Part shown: piece after piece, positions 1-9,643 of the stretch
Position numbering within the stretch: the first letter of the stretch is position 1
How the letters are laid out: every line of letters begins with the position of its first letter
Assembly: GCF_000008465.1 (NCBI RefSeq)
Contig: NC_006512.1
Location: 2,040,001 to 2,072,000 of the forward strand
DNA length: 32,000 nt
Direction: 5' to 3'
From: Idiomarina loihiensis L2TR
Lineage (GTDB): Bacteria; Pseudomonadota; Gammaproteobacteria; Enterobacterales; Alteromonadaceae
Translations under genes and position numbers: made by a program
The notes under the pieces: model-generated
The model's database searches: none
What the model saw: only the letters and a program-made list of their open reading frames with translations
Told to the model about the DNA's origin: nothing

Positions 1-1989
1 GAACTGTGGTTTACCCTGGTGACATTAACCGGTTTAATTACCATGTTAGTCGGTGCTTACTTTGCTCTGTTAAAGCACGACCTTAAAGGTTTGCTGGCTT
101 TCTCTACGGTAAGCCATCTGGGCCTCATTTGTATGTTACTGGGGATAGGCACCCAGGCGGCTGTGATAGCGGCGCTATTTCACATTATTAACCATGCTCT
201 ATTTAAAGCCGCGCTGTTTATGACCGCAGGCATTATTGACCATGAGTCCGGCACTCGTGATATGCGTAAACTGCAAGGGCTTATGAGCCTGATGCCTATA
301 ACGGCTACTCTTGCCATGATTGTAGCGGCCTCAATGGCAGGAATACCACCGTTTAACGGGTTTATGTCTAAAGAGCTATTCCTGGATCAAGCTCTGCAGC
401 AACATTTATTCGGTGGGCTGTCATGGTTTATTCCTATTTTGGCGACTGTGGGAGCCATGCTGTCGGTGGCTTACTCTATTCGCTTTATTCACGATGTTTT
501 CTTTAACGGCGACTATAAAGAACTGCCCAAAAAACCACATGATCCTCCTCGCATGATGTCTGTACCGGTTGCTGTGTTAGGGTTCCTTTGTATCGCTATC
601 GGCGTCGCACCAATGACTATGGTCTCCGGTATACTCGATCAGGCCGCCGCCGCTGTTACCGGCTCTCCTGTTGAAGTAAAACTATCGCTTTGGCACGGCT
701 TTAACATGCCTCTGTTAATGAGCGCAGTCGCAGTGGTTGGCGGTATTCTGATATACCTTTCCCGCGATCAACTGTTTACATTTAATCGCCAATTTGACGG
801 GCAGGACGCTAAACACAATTTTGAACGCCTCGTGCAAAAAGCCTCTGATGCAGCAGCAAATTTTTACGACCGCTTAGACACAGGTTCCTTGCAGCGCTAC
901 ATTGCTTTTGTTCTTATCAGCGTTATTGTCGTGTTGCTTCCTTCGTTAAGCGACCTAAGCGTGGTAACTGGTGGCAAACCTCAGTTGCCTGTTGATATGG
1001 TGAGCATGGTTGGTGCTATCATCCTGATATCCGCAGCATTTGCCACCGCTACATTACATCGTAATCGTTTTGTGATGTTGATGATGCTATCCGTGGTTGG
1101 ACTGGTTGTGTCGTTAGCTTTCGCGCACTTTTCGGCCCCGGATCTTGCCATGACTCAGTTGGTTGTCGAAGTGGTCAGTATTATCTTAATGATACTGGCG
1201 TTGTTCTTTATGCCACAAAAAACCAGTCGGGCCTCTTCTGGCCACCGAGTTTTTCGTGACATAATCATTGCGAGCTTTATTGGTGGTATTGTCGCGACCT
1301 TAAATTTCGCAATACTGACCTCACCGTTTGAAAGCATCTCGGACTTTTTCCTTGCGAATGCAAAATCCGGTGGTGGTGGAACCAACGTAGTAAACGTCAT
1401 TCTGGTGGACTTTCGTGGTTTCGATACATTAGGAGAAATTACCGTTCTGGCAATAGCTGCCGCAGGTATTCATAAGCTGCTTAATAAGCTAAAACCATTT
1501 ATGCCTTCCAGTGATATTGACGGACGCCCCTGGCATAGAATTAGACACCCGTTGATGTTAACAACTGTTGCCAACATTATTTTACCCATGGCGATGGTAG
1601 TTGCTGCCTATATATTCCTAAGAGGCCACAACTTACCGGGTGGTGGTTTCATCGCAGGCCTGATAGTCGCCTCGGCGATGATCCTGCAATACATTGCCAA
1701 TGGTGTCGACTGGATGAAAGAACGCTTTAGCGTTAATTATCAATCTCTAATGTCATTTGGCGTTTTGATTGCCGCGCTTACCGGGCTTGGTAGCTGGCTG
1801 TTTGGCAAGCCTTTCCTGACTTCCTGGTTTACCTATTTAAACTGGCCAGTGGTTGGTAAATTTGAATTTGCAACGGCTTTACTCTTCGATCTTGGCGTTT
1901 TCCTAACGGTTGTTGGCGCTACTATGATGATTTTAAGTAACTTCGGGAAGATGACGACACGTCATCGCCCAACGCATGAGGGTCATTAA
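1..1989 (+). CDS. mrpA: Mrp/Pha monovalent cation:proton antiporter subunit A with a fused B-like C-terminal domain; 5'-partial, gene starts upstream of the window
   Basis: Frame 1 is open from base 1 ([11 protein letters not shown]...), ahead of the ORF-track Met at 19. The protein is long and polytopic (NuoL-like), and its C-terminal third ([10 protein letters not shown]...) resembles MnhB/MrpB. It is followed by translationally coupled C, D, E, F and G genes. Confidence 0.88.
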   Translation, partial: ELWFTLVTLTGLITMLVGAYFALLKHDLKGLLAFSTVSHLGLICMLLGIGTQAAVIAALFHIINHALFKAALFMTAGIIDHESGTRDMRKLQGLMSLMPITATLAMIVAASMAGIPPFNGFMSKELFLDQALQQHLFGGLSWFIPILATVGAMLSVAYSIRFIHDVFFNGDYKELPKKPHDPPRMMSVPVAVLGFLCIAIGVAPMTMVSGILDQAAAAVTGSPVEVKLSLWHGFNMPLLMSAVAVVGGILIYLSRDQLFTFNRQFDGQDAKHNFERLVQKASDAAANFYDRLDTGSLQRYIAFVLISVIVVLLPSLSDLSVVTGGKPQLPVDMVSMVGAIILISAAFATATLHRNRFVMLMMLSVVGLVVSLAFAHFSAPDLAMTQLVVEVVSIILMILALFFMPQKTSRASSGHRVFRDIIIASFIGGIVATLNFAILTSPFESISDFFLANAKSGGGGTNVVNVILVDFRGFDTLGEITVLAIAAAGIHKLLNKLKPFMPSSDIDGRPWHRIRHPLMLTTVANIILPMAMVVAAYIFLRGHNLPGGGFIAGLIVASAMILQYIANGVDWMKERFSVNYQSLMSFGVLIAALTGLGSWLFGKPFLTSWFTYLNWPVVGKFEFATALLFDLGVFLTVVGATMMILSNFGKMTTRHRPTHEGH

Positions 1990-2330
1990 TGGAAACTTTA
2001 TACTCAGTTACCGTTGGTATTTTAACCGCATGCAGTGTTTTTCTAATTCTGCGCGGCCGTTCATTTCCTGTGGTCGTCGGCATTACCATGCTGTCTTATG
2101 CCGTTAACTTATTTCTATTTTCAACCGGTCGTCTGACAATAGACGGCGCACCAATTTATGGCACGCAGGAAACCTATGCCGACCCTTTACCTCAGGCACT
2201 AGTTCTCACCGCTATCGTTATCGGCTTCGCCATGACAGCGTATTCAATTATTCTGGCTGTGCGCGCCCGAGGCGAGATAGGGACGGATGAAGTTAACCAA
2301 CAAGATAACAGCACGGAGGGCAACCGCTAA
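1989..2330 (+). CDS. mrpC: Mrp/Pha antiporter subunit C (NuoK-like)
   Basis: 113 aa with three hydrophobic helices. The start overlaps the mrpA stop (TAATG). Position in the operon fits subunit C. Confidence 0.88.
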   Translation: METLYSVTVGILTACSVFLILRGRSFPVVVGITMLSYAVNLFLFSTGRLTIDGAPIYGTQETYADPLPQALVLTAIVIGFAMTAYSIILAVRARGEIGTDEVNQQDNSTEGNR

Positions 2331-3844
2331 TGTGGCAACAACATTTGGCGATACTTCCTATTTTGGTGCCGTTACTGGCGGCGCTGCTACAGCTTCTTCC
2401 CTGGGGAGACAGACCTCAGCCAAAACGCAGAGCCATAGGCCTGCTGTCCAGTATATTAACTTTAATACTGACTATTGCCCTGCTCGTTCAGGTTAATCAA
2501 GATCAGATGATTGTTTATGCATTAGGCAATTGGTCTGCGCCATTTGGAATTGTCCTGATGGTGGACAAGCTTAGTGCTCTGATGATGCTGGTAACGGCAA
2601 TATTGGCATTACCAGTGCTCATCTACGGTTGTTATGCCGAAGATAATCTTGGCTCACACTTTCAGGCATTATTTCAGTTTCAGATAATGGGTATTATGGG
2701 GGCTTTTGCTACCGGCGATATTTTCAACTTATTCGTCTTCTTCGAAGTTCTTCTGATTTCCTCCTACGCACTATTAATGCACGGTGGAGGAAAATTTCGC
2801 CTACGCACAACCTTACACTACGTATTACTCAACCTTTTAGGTTCAGCACTTTTCCTAATTAGTGTCGGTACTCTATATGGTGTTACAGGCACTTTGAATA
2901 TGGCTGACCTTGCTACCCAAGTTCAACAGTTAAGCGGAGACCAGGCCGCCTTAGCTAAAGCCGGTGGTATGATGCTATTGATAGTATTCGGCATTAAAGC
3001 CGCTATCCTGCCGTTGCACTTCTGGCTGCCTCAGGCCTATTCCACAACAACCGGAGTTGTTGCCGCTCTATTCGCAATAATGACAAAAGTTGGGGTTTAC
3101 GCCATAGTTCGGGTCTACACACTCATTTTCGGTCCTGAAGCTAATGAGCTTGCACTCATTGCACATGACTGGCTTTGGGTTATGGGTCTCGTTACCATGC
3201 TAGCCGGCGCTATCGGAATTATCGGAGCTCGCGACTTGCGCTTGCTTGTGGCTTATTTAGTCGTCATTTCAATTGGAACACTTATCGCAACCTACAGCTT
3301 GAATGGAATTGCGACAACCGGAGCCATGCTGTTTTATTTAATCCACTCAACCTTTATCACTGGCGCATTATTTTTACTGGCCGACCTTATTGCGTTCGAA
3401 CGTGGTAAAACCGCATCACGCATCGTATCGGGCAAGAAAATGGCCAATCACTCTGCTTATTCAGTCATGTTTTTAATTGCTGCAATAGCAATAATTGGTT
3501 TACCACCTCTGTCAGGTTTTGTCGGAAAACTTATGATTATGGAATCGGCAAGCCCAACCGGGGCCAGTTTTTGGCTGTGGGGAGCCATGTTAGGCGCAAC
3601 TCTTATTATGCTAATTTCAGTCACCCGGGCGGGAAGTAAAATGCTCTGGCACACACTGTCGGGTAAAGCGAATGAACAATCCGCTCCTTTAGGGAAAAGA
3701 GCTGCTGTTGTTATGCTTCTGTCGTTATCGGTTGTTATGACGTTATTTGCCAGCCCAATACGCAACTATACCGATGATGTCGCTGAACAGCTTTACGACA
3801 TAGACCAGTACCCATCCCGCGTGCTGACAAAAGGAGCGGAATAA
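2330..3844 (+). CDS. mrpD: Mrp/Pha antiporter subunit D (NuoM/NuoN-like)
   Basis: 504 aa polytopic protein with proton-pumping antiporter-like subunit character. The start overlaps the mrpC stop. Confidence 0.9.
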   Translation: MWQQHLAILPILVPLLAALLQLLPWGDRPQPKRRAIGLLSSILTLILTIALLVQVNQDQMIVYALGNWSAPFGIVLMVDKLSALMMLVTAILALPVLIYGCYAEDNLGSHFQALFQFQIMGIMGAFATGDIFNLFVFFEVLLISSYALLMHGGGKFRLRTTLHYVLLNLLGSALFLISVGTLYGVTGTLNMADLATQVQQLSGDQAALAKAGGMMLLIVFGIKAAILPLHFWLPQAYSTTTGVVAALFAIMTKVGVYAIVRVYTLIFGPEANELALIAHDWLWVMGLVTMLAGAIGIIGARDLRLLVAYLVVISIGTLIATYSLNGIATTGAMLFYLIHSTFITGALFLLADLIAFERGKTASRIVSGKKMANHSAYSVMFLIAAIAIIGLPPLSGFVGKLMIMESASPTGASFWLWGAMLGATLIMLISVTRAGSKMLWHTLSGKANEQSAPLGKRAAVVMLLSLSVVMTLFASPIRNYTDDVAEQLYDIDQYPSRVLTKGAE

Positions 3845-3849
3845 TTACT

Positions 3850-4338
3850 ATGAAAAAACTATTTCCGACACCTTTGTTATCTTTTTTCTTATTGACGCTA
3901 TGGGTTCTATTATTTAACTCGGTTTCGCCCGGGGTGATCATACTGGGCGCTTTATTTTCCTGGTTTATTCCATTTTTATTCCGTGACGCCTGGCCTAATT
4001 TTGCAAAAGTTAAGCGCCCCGACCTGGCAGTCGTTTACTTTTTCATTCTGCTGAATGACATTGTCGTGGCTAACTTTAAGGTTGCCGGTATGATTCTTGG
4101 GAAACCTCGCTCGATAAAACCCGCGTTGTTTGTTTTTCCACTGGATATGAAAGAGGAGCTTCCGGTTACTCTTCTTGCAAGTACCATAACACTGACGCCG
4201 GGAACGGTATCCTGCGAAATTACTCGTGGGCGCAAAGGCATTCTTATTCACGCATTCTCAGAAGAAAGCCCGGAAGAAGTCATAAAAACGATTCGAAACC
4301 GTTATGAGCGTCGCCTGAAGGAGATATTCCAATGTTAA
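3850..4338 (+). CDS. mrpE: Mrp/Pha antiporter subunit E
   Basis: 162 aa with two N-terminal TM helices and a soluble C-terminus. Size and operon position are typical of MnhE/PhaE. Confidence 0.85.
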   Translation: MKKLFPTPLLSFFLLTLWVLLFNSVSPGVIILGALFSWFIPFLFRDAWPNFAKVKRPDLAVVYFFILLNDIVVANFKVAGMILGKPRSIKPALFVFPLDMKEELPVTLLASTITLTPGTVSCEITRGRKGILIHAFSEESPEEVIKTIRNRYERRLKEIFQC

Positions 4339-4601
4339 CGACGGTACTACACATTGCCTTCTTGTTATTCAGTCTATCGGTATTAATGAATTTCTGGCGC
4401 CTTATTAAAGGACCCGATCTACCGGACAGAATACTGGCTCTGGATACAATTTACATTAATTCGCTGGCTTTACTGCTGTTGCTGGGTATGTACCAAAACA
4501 CGCAAACCTATTTTGAAGCAGCATTACTCATTGCCATGTTCGGTTTTGTCGGTACCATCGCGGCAGGTAAATTTTTACTGCGTGGCGACCTAATAGAATA
4601 A
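4332..4601 (+). CDS. mrpF: Mrp/Pha antiporter subunit F
   Basis: 89 aa and three TM helices. It overlaps the mrpE end by 7 nt. Size and position are typical of MnhF/PhaF. Confidence 0.85.
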   Translation: MLTTVLHIAFLLFSLSVLMNFWRLIKGPDLPDRILALDTIYINSLALLLLLGMYQNTQTYFEAALLIAMFGFVGTIAAGKFLLRGDLIE

Positions 4602-4614
4602 AAAGGAAAACCTT

Positions 4615-5007
4615 ATGGATGCATTGAACCAATTACCAGCATGGTCACAGTGGCTAGCGGCCTTCTTTATCTTATTAGGCGCTATATTTGCCTTTATTGG
4701 CTCTTTGGGGTTAGCAATACTCCCCGACTTTTTTACTCGTTTACACGCCCCCACGAAAAACACCACAATAGGCATTGGAGGCATAGTCATAGCTTCTATT
4801 CTTATTACTTCGGTACAAGGGTCGATTAACCTGAACGAACTTCTGATTGCCATATTCCTGTTTTTGACGGCACCTATCAGCGCCCACATTATGGCTAAAG
4901 CCGCATTACATACAGAACTGAAGATGTTTAATCGAACAAAAGACTTTCGTCAGGAAGGGGATTCTTACGAGCATATATTGCCTAATAAAAAAGACATGGA
5001 ACCATAA
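4615..5007 (+). CDS. mrpG: Mrp/Pha antiporter subunit G
   Basis: 130 aa and three TM helices (FTRLHAPTK motif region). It is the last gene of the cluster. Confidence 0.85.
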   Translation: MDALNQLPAWSQWLAAFFILLGAIFAFIGSLGLAILPDFFTRLHAPTKNTTIGIGGIVIASILITSVQGSINLNELLIAIFLFLTAPISAHIMAKAALHTELKMFNRTKDFRQEGDSYEHILPNKKDMEP

Positions 5008-5020
5008 GGTTCCATGTCTT
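4991..5020 (-). terminator. Perfect 13-bp hairpin (AAGACATGGAACC-ATAA-GGTTCCATGTCTT) between the convergent mrpG and porin genes; the T-tract lies on the minus-strand side
   Basis: The inverted repeat was read directly from the sequence. On the minus strand the stem is followed by TTTTATT. The left arm and loop encode the last mrpG codons and its TAA stop. Confidence 0.7.
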
Positions 5021-5043
5021 TCGCAGTAAAAACTTAAATCGCT

Positions 5044-6456
5044 TTAGAAATAGTAACCAAAGTTAATGTTAAAGCGGTCATTGACCTCGCCACCATCAGT
5101 TGCGGTATTACCACCAATAAATGGTTGGTTTTTTGCTCTTACGTAATCAACATAAGTATAAAAACCGCCGCCGGCTGCAACAGCAACCCCTAGAACGTTC
5201 ATCCAGGTATCATCTTGATAACCCATTTTATCGGTCATTAAGCTGTGGTCATTATAGAAAGTTAAGCTTGTCAGAGGACCAATATCTACTGGCAAAGTAT
5301 AAGCAACATTAGCTGTATACAGTTTCGCTTCAGTAGGAATTGCGTCGTAATAAGCGTAAGCAGCCATGTAAACACCACGGTTTTCTAATTTTATATCGTA
5401 GTCATAGTCTGAATACTGTAACTGTACGTTCCAGGGGCCGTTATTGTAGACACCATGAGCGGCCCAGGCCATACGATTACCAACATTCTGATTCTCATAC
5501 GCCTGTGCATCTGTGAAGCCTTCAGCGGCCGTTCCTGAATACAAATTCCCGCCTTGCAAAGACACACCAAGCTCTAAGTTCTCATCATCGCTGAAGGTAA
5601 ACTTACGTGCGGTTCTGAAAGCATAACTATTGCTCTCACCTACAGGTAAACCCGGTTCGTCATAAGCGCCCTGACCTGGTAACCGAATACCCACGGTGTC
5701 ATAGTTATAGCGCGCTGTACGATCAGATGTTGAGCCGTCAATACCGCCCTGCTCATCTGATTTCAGGTAAGCTAAATCAAAATCCCACTCATCGCCACGG
5801 TATTTGAACCGAATACCGTTATCATGTTCGTCTTCCAGGCCAACATAGAAAGTACTATTGAAGAAATAACTGTGGGAGTTGTAAGGCATGTTGCCAAATG
5901 GGATTTTTACAACACCAACCTGCCCCTGCAGTTTATCGGTGAAGTCATAACCAAACCAAGCGTGTTTAATAACGTCCTGATAATTAAACCAACGATATTC
6001 AGCAGAAAGGATGACACCTCCCATTTCTCCATCAAAATTCAGACGGAAAATATCGAAATCCAAATCGCCACCGCGGTTTTCATTATCTGAGTCATAATTA
6101 TTGTATTCATACTGAAAACGAACAGCACCATGAATCTTTATTGGCCAATTTTCATTCTCTTCCGTTTTCTTTTCCAGCTCGTCTAAACGTGCATGGACTC
6201 CAGAGTCATAGACAACTCTGCGCTTCGAACTGTTTTCGTTACTGGCAATTTCATTGCCTTTTTCTACTTCTCGTTCTTTTACAACAACAACTTCTTCTTT
6301 TTCACGCTCTTCTTTTTCTTCAAGCCGTTTCTCCAATTGAGCTAAACGTTCTTTTAATGCCTGAATTTCCTGTTCAACCGAATTACTATCTTGAGGAGCA
6401 GCAATGACCGGACTTGCCGCAAGCACAGTAGCTGCAAAAAATAAACTTTTTGACAT
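5044..6456 (-). CDS. Outer-membrane porin-like beta-barrel protein with an N-terminal charged coiled-coil segment (possibly OprO/P- or DcaP-like)
   Basis: Signal peptide MSKSLFFAATVLAASPVIAA. An EKRLEEKEEREKEE heptad-like charged stretch follows. The rest has alternating aromatic/Gly-rich beta-strand character and a C-terminal ...NFGYYF typical of OMP terminal Phe. An SD (GGGAG) lies 8 nt upstream of the ATG. Confidence 0.7.
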   Translation of the reverse strand: MSKSLFFAATVLAASPVIAAPQDSNSVEQEIQALKERLAQLEKRLEEKEEREKEEVVVVKEREVEKGNEIASNENSSKRRVVYDSGVHARLDELEKKTEENENWPIKIHGAVRFQYEYNNYDSDNENRGGDLDFDIFRLNFDGEMGGVILSAEYRWFNYQDVIKHAWFGYDFTDKLQGQVGVVKIPFGNMPYNSHSYFFNSTFYVGLEDEHDNGIRFKYRGDEWDFDLAYLKSDEQGGIDGSTSDRTARYNYDTVGIRLPGQGAYDEPGLPVGESNSYAFRTARKFTFSDDENLELGVSLQGGNLYSGTAAEGFTDAQAYENQNVGNRMAWAAHGVYNNGPWNVQLQYSDYDYDIKLENRGVYMAAYAYYDAIPTEAKLYTANVAYTLPVDIGPLTSLTFYNDHSLMTDKMGYQDDTWMNVLGVAVAAGGGFYTYVDYVRAKNQPFIGGNTATDGGEVNDRFNINFGYYF

Positions 6457-6582
6457 GAATTGTCTCCCTCTGAGAACTACGCATTGGTGTGCGTATTTAT
6501 TATTTCTTATGTTAAAAAGAAATTTATTTAATTTCAGATATTTGTACTAAACCTATTAAGGTTTAGATCAAAAAAAAAGCCT

Positions 6583-6593
6583 CCGCAAGGGAG
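6583..6593. repeat. Target-site duplication, left copy (CCGCAAGGGAG)
   Basis: An identical 11-mer directly abuts both IS ends, at 6583-6593 and 8034-8044. Confidence 0.85.
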
Positions 6594-6611
6594 TAATGCT
6601 TGTCAGTTAAG
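6594..6611. repeat. IS terminal inverted repeat (TAATGCTTGTCAGTTAAG)
   Basis: The reverse complement of 8016-8033 is TAATGCCGATCAGTTAAG, with 15 of 18 positions identical. Confidence 0.85.
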
Positions 6612-7937
6612 CTAACTGGCTGTCGGTTTAGAAGGCGGTCGCATCGGATAACGTTGCGGCCGCCTTTTTATTGAACGAGGGTAATATCGCTCTCGTCTTT
6701 CGGGCAGCACGAATGCGCTGGCCATTTCCATCATTTGCTCCATGACTTTGGGTATTTTTCCGGGTGAGATGTGTACCAGTATATGTAACTGCCCCACCAG
6801 ATAATGAGAGGCTTGTTTGAAACTTATTTGATTCGGCTCAATATGCTTCAGGCTATAGGCCATTTGCGCCATCATATACCGCAATAAGTTATAAGCGACC
6901 AGCATGCCCCACAACTCCTGCTCAACCAGGTCAGGCCGTTTGCTGCGCAGGGTCAGCTCACTCTTCAGCATATATTGTTTCATTTCACGGTAAGCCTGCT
7001 CGATTTCCCAGCGATGAGCATATAAGTCAACGATATCGGCTTCAGGATAACGCATCGTGTCTGTCATTGAGGTTAATATCGCAACCTCTTTTTTAGCTAT
7101 TTTCTTACACACTAAACGCGCCTGAACAGTGTCCGGTGCATTATCCCACTTCTTCTTAGCTTGTGGTGAGAGCCTAATTTCTACCAATTTGTCCGTGTCG
7201 CTAAAAGACTTCTTGACAGAGTATTGTGCGCCTTTTCTGAGGGGAATAAGCCAATGGCGCTCCTCACCGGCACGATGCCATTGATCCAGTAAACCCAGCG
7301 CATAAAACCCTTTATCGAACAGCGTCAGTGAGTGGTCCGGCGTCTGTTCAATCAGCCGGGCTGCCAGGTCTACTTCACTAACCTCTGCAATACTGCCGAA
7401 CTCCGTCGAGGTGACTAAATGGCTGCTTACTTCCATTTGATTCACCATCCGAATTTGAGGATAGTCGGATTCAGCCCGCTGGTTAGCCGTTCGCCCATAG
7501 GAAGCATCATTCTCCGGTGTGTCCGGTGTACGCCAGACGGTGCCGTCGACAGCCAGAACCGATAGATTATTCCAGTGAGAAAGCGGTAGTTTATCGAACC
7601 ACAGCTCATTAGTGAGCTCAAACATACGCTTCATAACATTAGCCCCCAAACGCTGACGAGCCTGAACTACGGCACTCGGCGCAACGTAAGGTCTTTTGCC
7701 GGGCAACATTAAATCAAGGTGTGAAACGAGCTGACGCATCGGCATTTCCCGAAATAATGCCATTCCTACGACCGCCCAGACCATAAAGTCCATTGGCAAA
7801 CGGCGTTTGCGTACCGTTGTAACGCCCGCGTCTTCAAGGCATTGTTCGATTAACTCAGGCTCCAGCAGATCCGGTAGTTTACTAAAATCATCCGGCGTAA
7901 ACTCCTGCAGTTGGTCCAGTGCTTGACTCAGAAACAT
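6612..7937 (-). CDS. IS4-family DDE transposase
   Basis: Close resemblance to E. coli IS4 InsG as I recall it: ...RKRRLP...MVW...GMAL..., [24 protein letters not shown], and [14 protein letters not shown] (the Y-2-R-3-E-6-K signature). I prefer the internal Met ([10 protein letters not shown]..., ATG at 7937-7935, 441 aa) over the ORF-track Met at 7997. It matches the IS4 N-terminus, and the upstream 60 nt form a perfect hairpin. Confidence 0.9.
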   Translation of the reverse strand: MFLSQALDQLQEFTPDDFSKLPDLLEPELIEQCLEDAGVTTVRKRRLPMDFMVWAVVGMALFREMPMRQLVSHLDLMLPGKRPYVAPSAVVQARQRLGANVMKRMFELTNELWFDKLPLSHWNNLSVLAVDGTVWRTPDTPENDASYGRTANQRAESDYPQIRMVNQMEVSSHLVTSTEFGSIAEVSEVDLAARLIEQTPDHSLTLFDKGFYALGLLDQWHRAGEERHWLIPLRKGAQYSVKKSFSDTDKLVEIRLSPQAKKKWDNAPDTVQARLVCKKIAKKEVAILTSMTDTMRYPEADIVDLYAHRWEIEQAYREMKQYMLKSELTLRSKRPDLVEQELWGMLVAYNLLRYMMAQMAYSLKHIEPNQISFKQASHYLVGQLHILVHISPGKIPKVMEQMMEMASAFVLPERRERYYPRSIKRRPQRYPMRPPSKPTAS

Positions 7938-8015
7938 AAAAAATCCGTAGTTAGAAAACCTAACTACGGATTTTGAAGTCTCTGCCGGATCGGTCAACCG
8001 ATCGCTAAAATTTTT

Positions 8016-8033
8016 CTTAACTGATCGGCATTA
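8016..8033. repeat. IS terminal inverted repeat (CTTAACTGATCGGCATTA)
   Basis: Partner of 6594-6611. Confidence 0.85.
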
Positions 8034-8044
8034 CCGCAAGGGAG
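8034..8044. repeat. Target-site duplication, right copy (CCGCAAGGGAG)
   Basis: Identical to 6583-6593. Confidence 0.85.
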
Positions 8045-8073
8045 GCCTTTTAATTTCTTTTCGCTATCTGCGT

Positions 8074-8337
8074 CTAGACAACAGTCGCGCGATCAACGAT
8101 TTCTTCCAGAGTCCAAGATTTATTCTTAGACAGCGGACGACATTCGCGAACAATCACGGTATCGCCAGCTTTAACCTGGTTTTCTTCGTCATGCGCATGT
8201 ACTTTAGTTGTACGCGTGATGTACTTCCCGTATACCGGGTGCTTTACACGACGTTCAACAGCTACAGTGATGGTTTTATCCATCTTATCGCTGACAACTT
8301 TGCCTTGCAGAGTACGAACACGTTTTTCGTCAGTCAT
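8074..8337 (-). CDS. rpsQ: 30S ribosomal protein S17
   Basis: 87 aa, ...[30 protein letters not shown]..., unmistakable S17. It is the last gene of the S10 operon. Confidence 0.97.
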
Positions 8338-8531
8338 TACGCACCTGCCTTCTCATTTAAGATGGTTTTAACACGTGCGATATCACGACGCACTTGTTTC
8401 ATCATGTGAGTCTGATTCAGCTGACCAGTTGCTGCCTGCATGCGCAGATTAAACTGCTCACGACGCAAGCCTAACAACTCTTCTTGCAGCTGCTCAACGG
8501 TTTTATCTTTCAGTTCACTTGCTTTCATCAC
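8337..8531 (-). CDS. rpmC: 50S ribosomal protein L29
   Basis: [37 protein letters not shown]... The tandem Met start means the true start may be the second ATG. Confidence 0.97.
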
Positions 8532-8941
8532 ATTACCGTCCGAGTCACAAAAGTGGTTTTGAAAGGCAGTTTACGTGCCGCCAGGCGGAACGCTTCACGT
8601 GCCAACTCTTCAGGAACACCGTCCATTTCATACAGAACGCGACCTGGTTGAATCTGAGCAACCCAGTATTCGACGTTACCTTTACCTTTACCCATACGAA
8701 CTTCTAAAGGCTTTTTGGTAATAGGCTTGTCAGGAAATACACGGATCCAGATTTTACCTTGACGCTTAACGTGACGAGTCATTGCACGACGGCCTGCTTC
8801 GATTTGACGCGCGGTCATACGACCACGGTCAGTAGCTTTTAAACCAAAAGTACCGAAGCTGACTTTGTTACCAGACTGCGCCAGACCACGGTTGCGGCCT
8901 GTGTGAACCTTACGGAATTTTGTACGCTTAGGTTGTAACAT
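8528..8941 (-). CDS. rplP: 50S ribosomal protein L16
   Basis: [21 protein letters not shown]..., 137 aa. Confidence 0.98.
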   Translation of the reverse strand: MLQPKRTKFRKVHTGRNRGLAQSGNKVSFGTFGLKATDRGRMTARQIEAGRRAMTRHVKRQGKIWIRVFPDKPITKKPLEVRMGKGKGNVEYWVAQIQPGRVLYEMDGVPEELAREAFRLAARKLPFKTTFVTRTVM

Positions 8942-8952
8942 ATCGTCTCTCC

Positions 8953-9633
8953 TTACTTACGGTTCTTGCCGCGCTTAGGAGCTGGCTTTTCTTCAGTTGG
9001 AAGTCCACCAAGAACTTCACCACGGAAAATCCAGACCTTAACACCGATGATACCGTAAGTGGTGTTCGCTTCTGAGGTCGAGTAGTCGATGTCTGCACGT
9101 AATGTGTGCAGCGGTACACGGCCTTCACGATACCACTCAGTACGTGCAATCTCTGCGCCGCCTAAACGACCACTCACTTCAACTTTGATACCTTTGGCAC
9201 CCAAGCGAATGGCGTTTTGTACGGCACGTTTCATAGCACGACGGAACATGACACGACGTTCCAACTGACCAGCAATATTGTCAGCTACCAGCTGCGAATC
9301 CAACTCAGGCTTACGAACTTCTGAGATGTTGATTTGCGCAGGAGCACCTGTCAACTTAGAAACTTGCTTACGCAGCTTTTCTACGTCTTCGCCTTTCTTA
9401 CCGATAACCACGCCAGGACGTGCTGTGTGAATAGTCACACGAACGCTCTTAGCTGGACGATCGATAACGATACGAGAGACTGATGCATTGCGCAGTTCTT
9501 TGTTCAGGAACTTACGTACCTGAAAATCACTGTGCAGGTTATCAGCGAACTCATTTGTATTCGCATACCAGGTTGCATTCCATGGTCTGGAGATACCTAG
9601 GCGAATACCATTAGGATGTACTTTCTGACCCAT
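8953..9633 (-). CDS. rpsC: 30S ribosomal protein S3
   Basis: [14 protein letters not shown]...WYA..., 226 aa. Confidence 0.98.
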   Translation of the reverse strand: MGQKVHPNGIRLGISRPWNATWYANTNEFADNLHSDFQVRKFLNKELRNASVSRIVIDRPAKSVRVTIHTARPGVVIGKKGEDVEKLRKQVSKLTGAPAQINISEVRKPELDSQLVADNIAGQLERRVMFRRAMKRAVQNAIRLGAKGIKVEVSGRLGGAEIARTEWYREGRVPLHTLRADIDYSTSEANTTYGIIGVKVWIFRGEVLGGLPTEEKPAPKRGKNRK

Positions 9634-9643
9634 AATTTATCTC

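Larger units (their letters stand above)
6594..8033 (-). mobile_element. Complete IS4-family insertion sequence (1440 bp)
   Basis: Single DDE transposase ORF. It is bounded by 18-bp inverted repeats (15/18 match) and flanked by an 11-bp direct repeat. Size, IR length and 11-bp duplication match what is known for IS4 proper. Confidence 0.9.

Noticed and set aside
1155-4889. Small ORFs inside or antisense to the mrp genes (for example 1155-1400, 2287-2496, 3175-3408, 3457-3765, 3976-4251, 4590-4889).
   Set aside because: All are nested within the well-supported, translationally coupled mrp reading frames and lack independent signals.
7938-7997. The 20-codon N-terminal extension of the transposase ORF ([20 protein letters not shown]).
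   Set aside because: The E. coli IS4 transposase aligns from the internal Met. The extension is almost entirely the two arms of a perfect 15-bp hairpin, so it is more likely untranslated leader.
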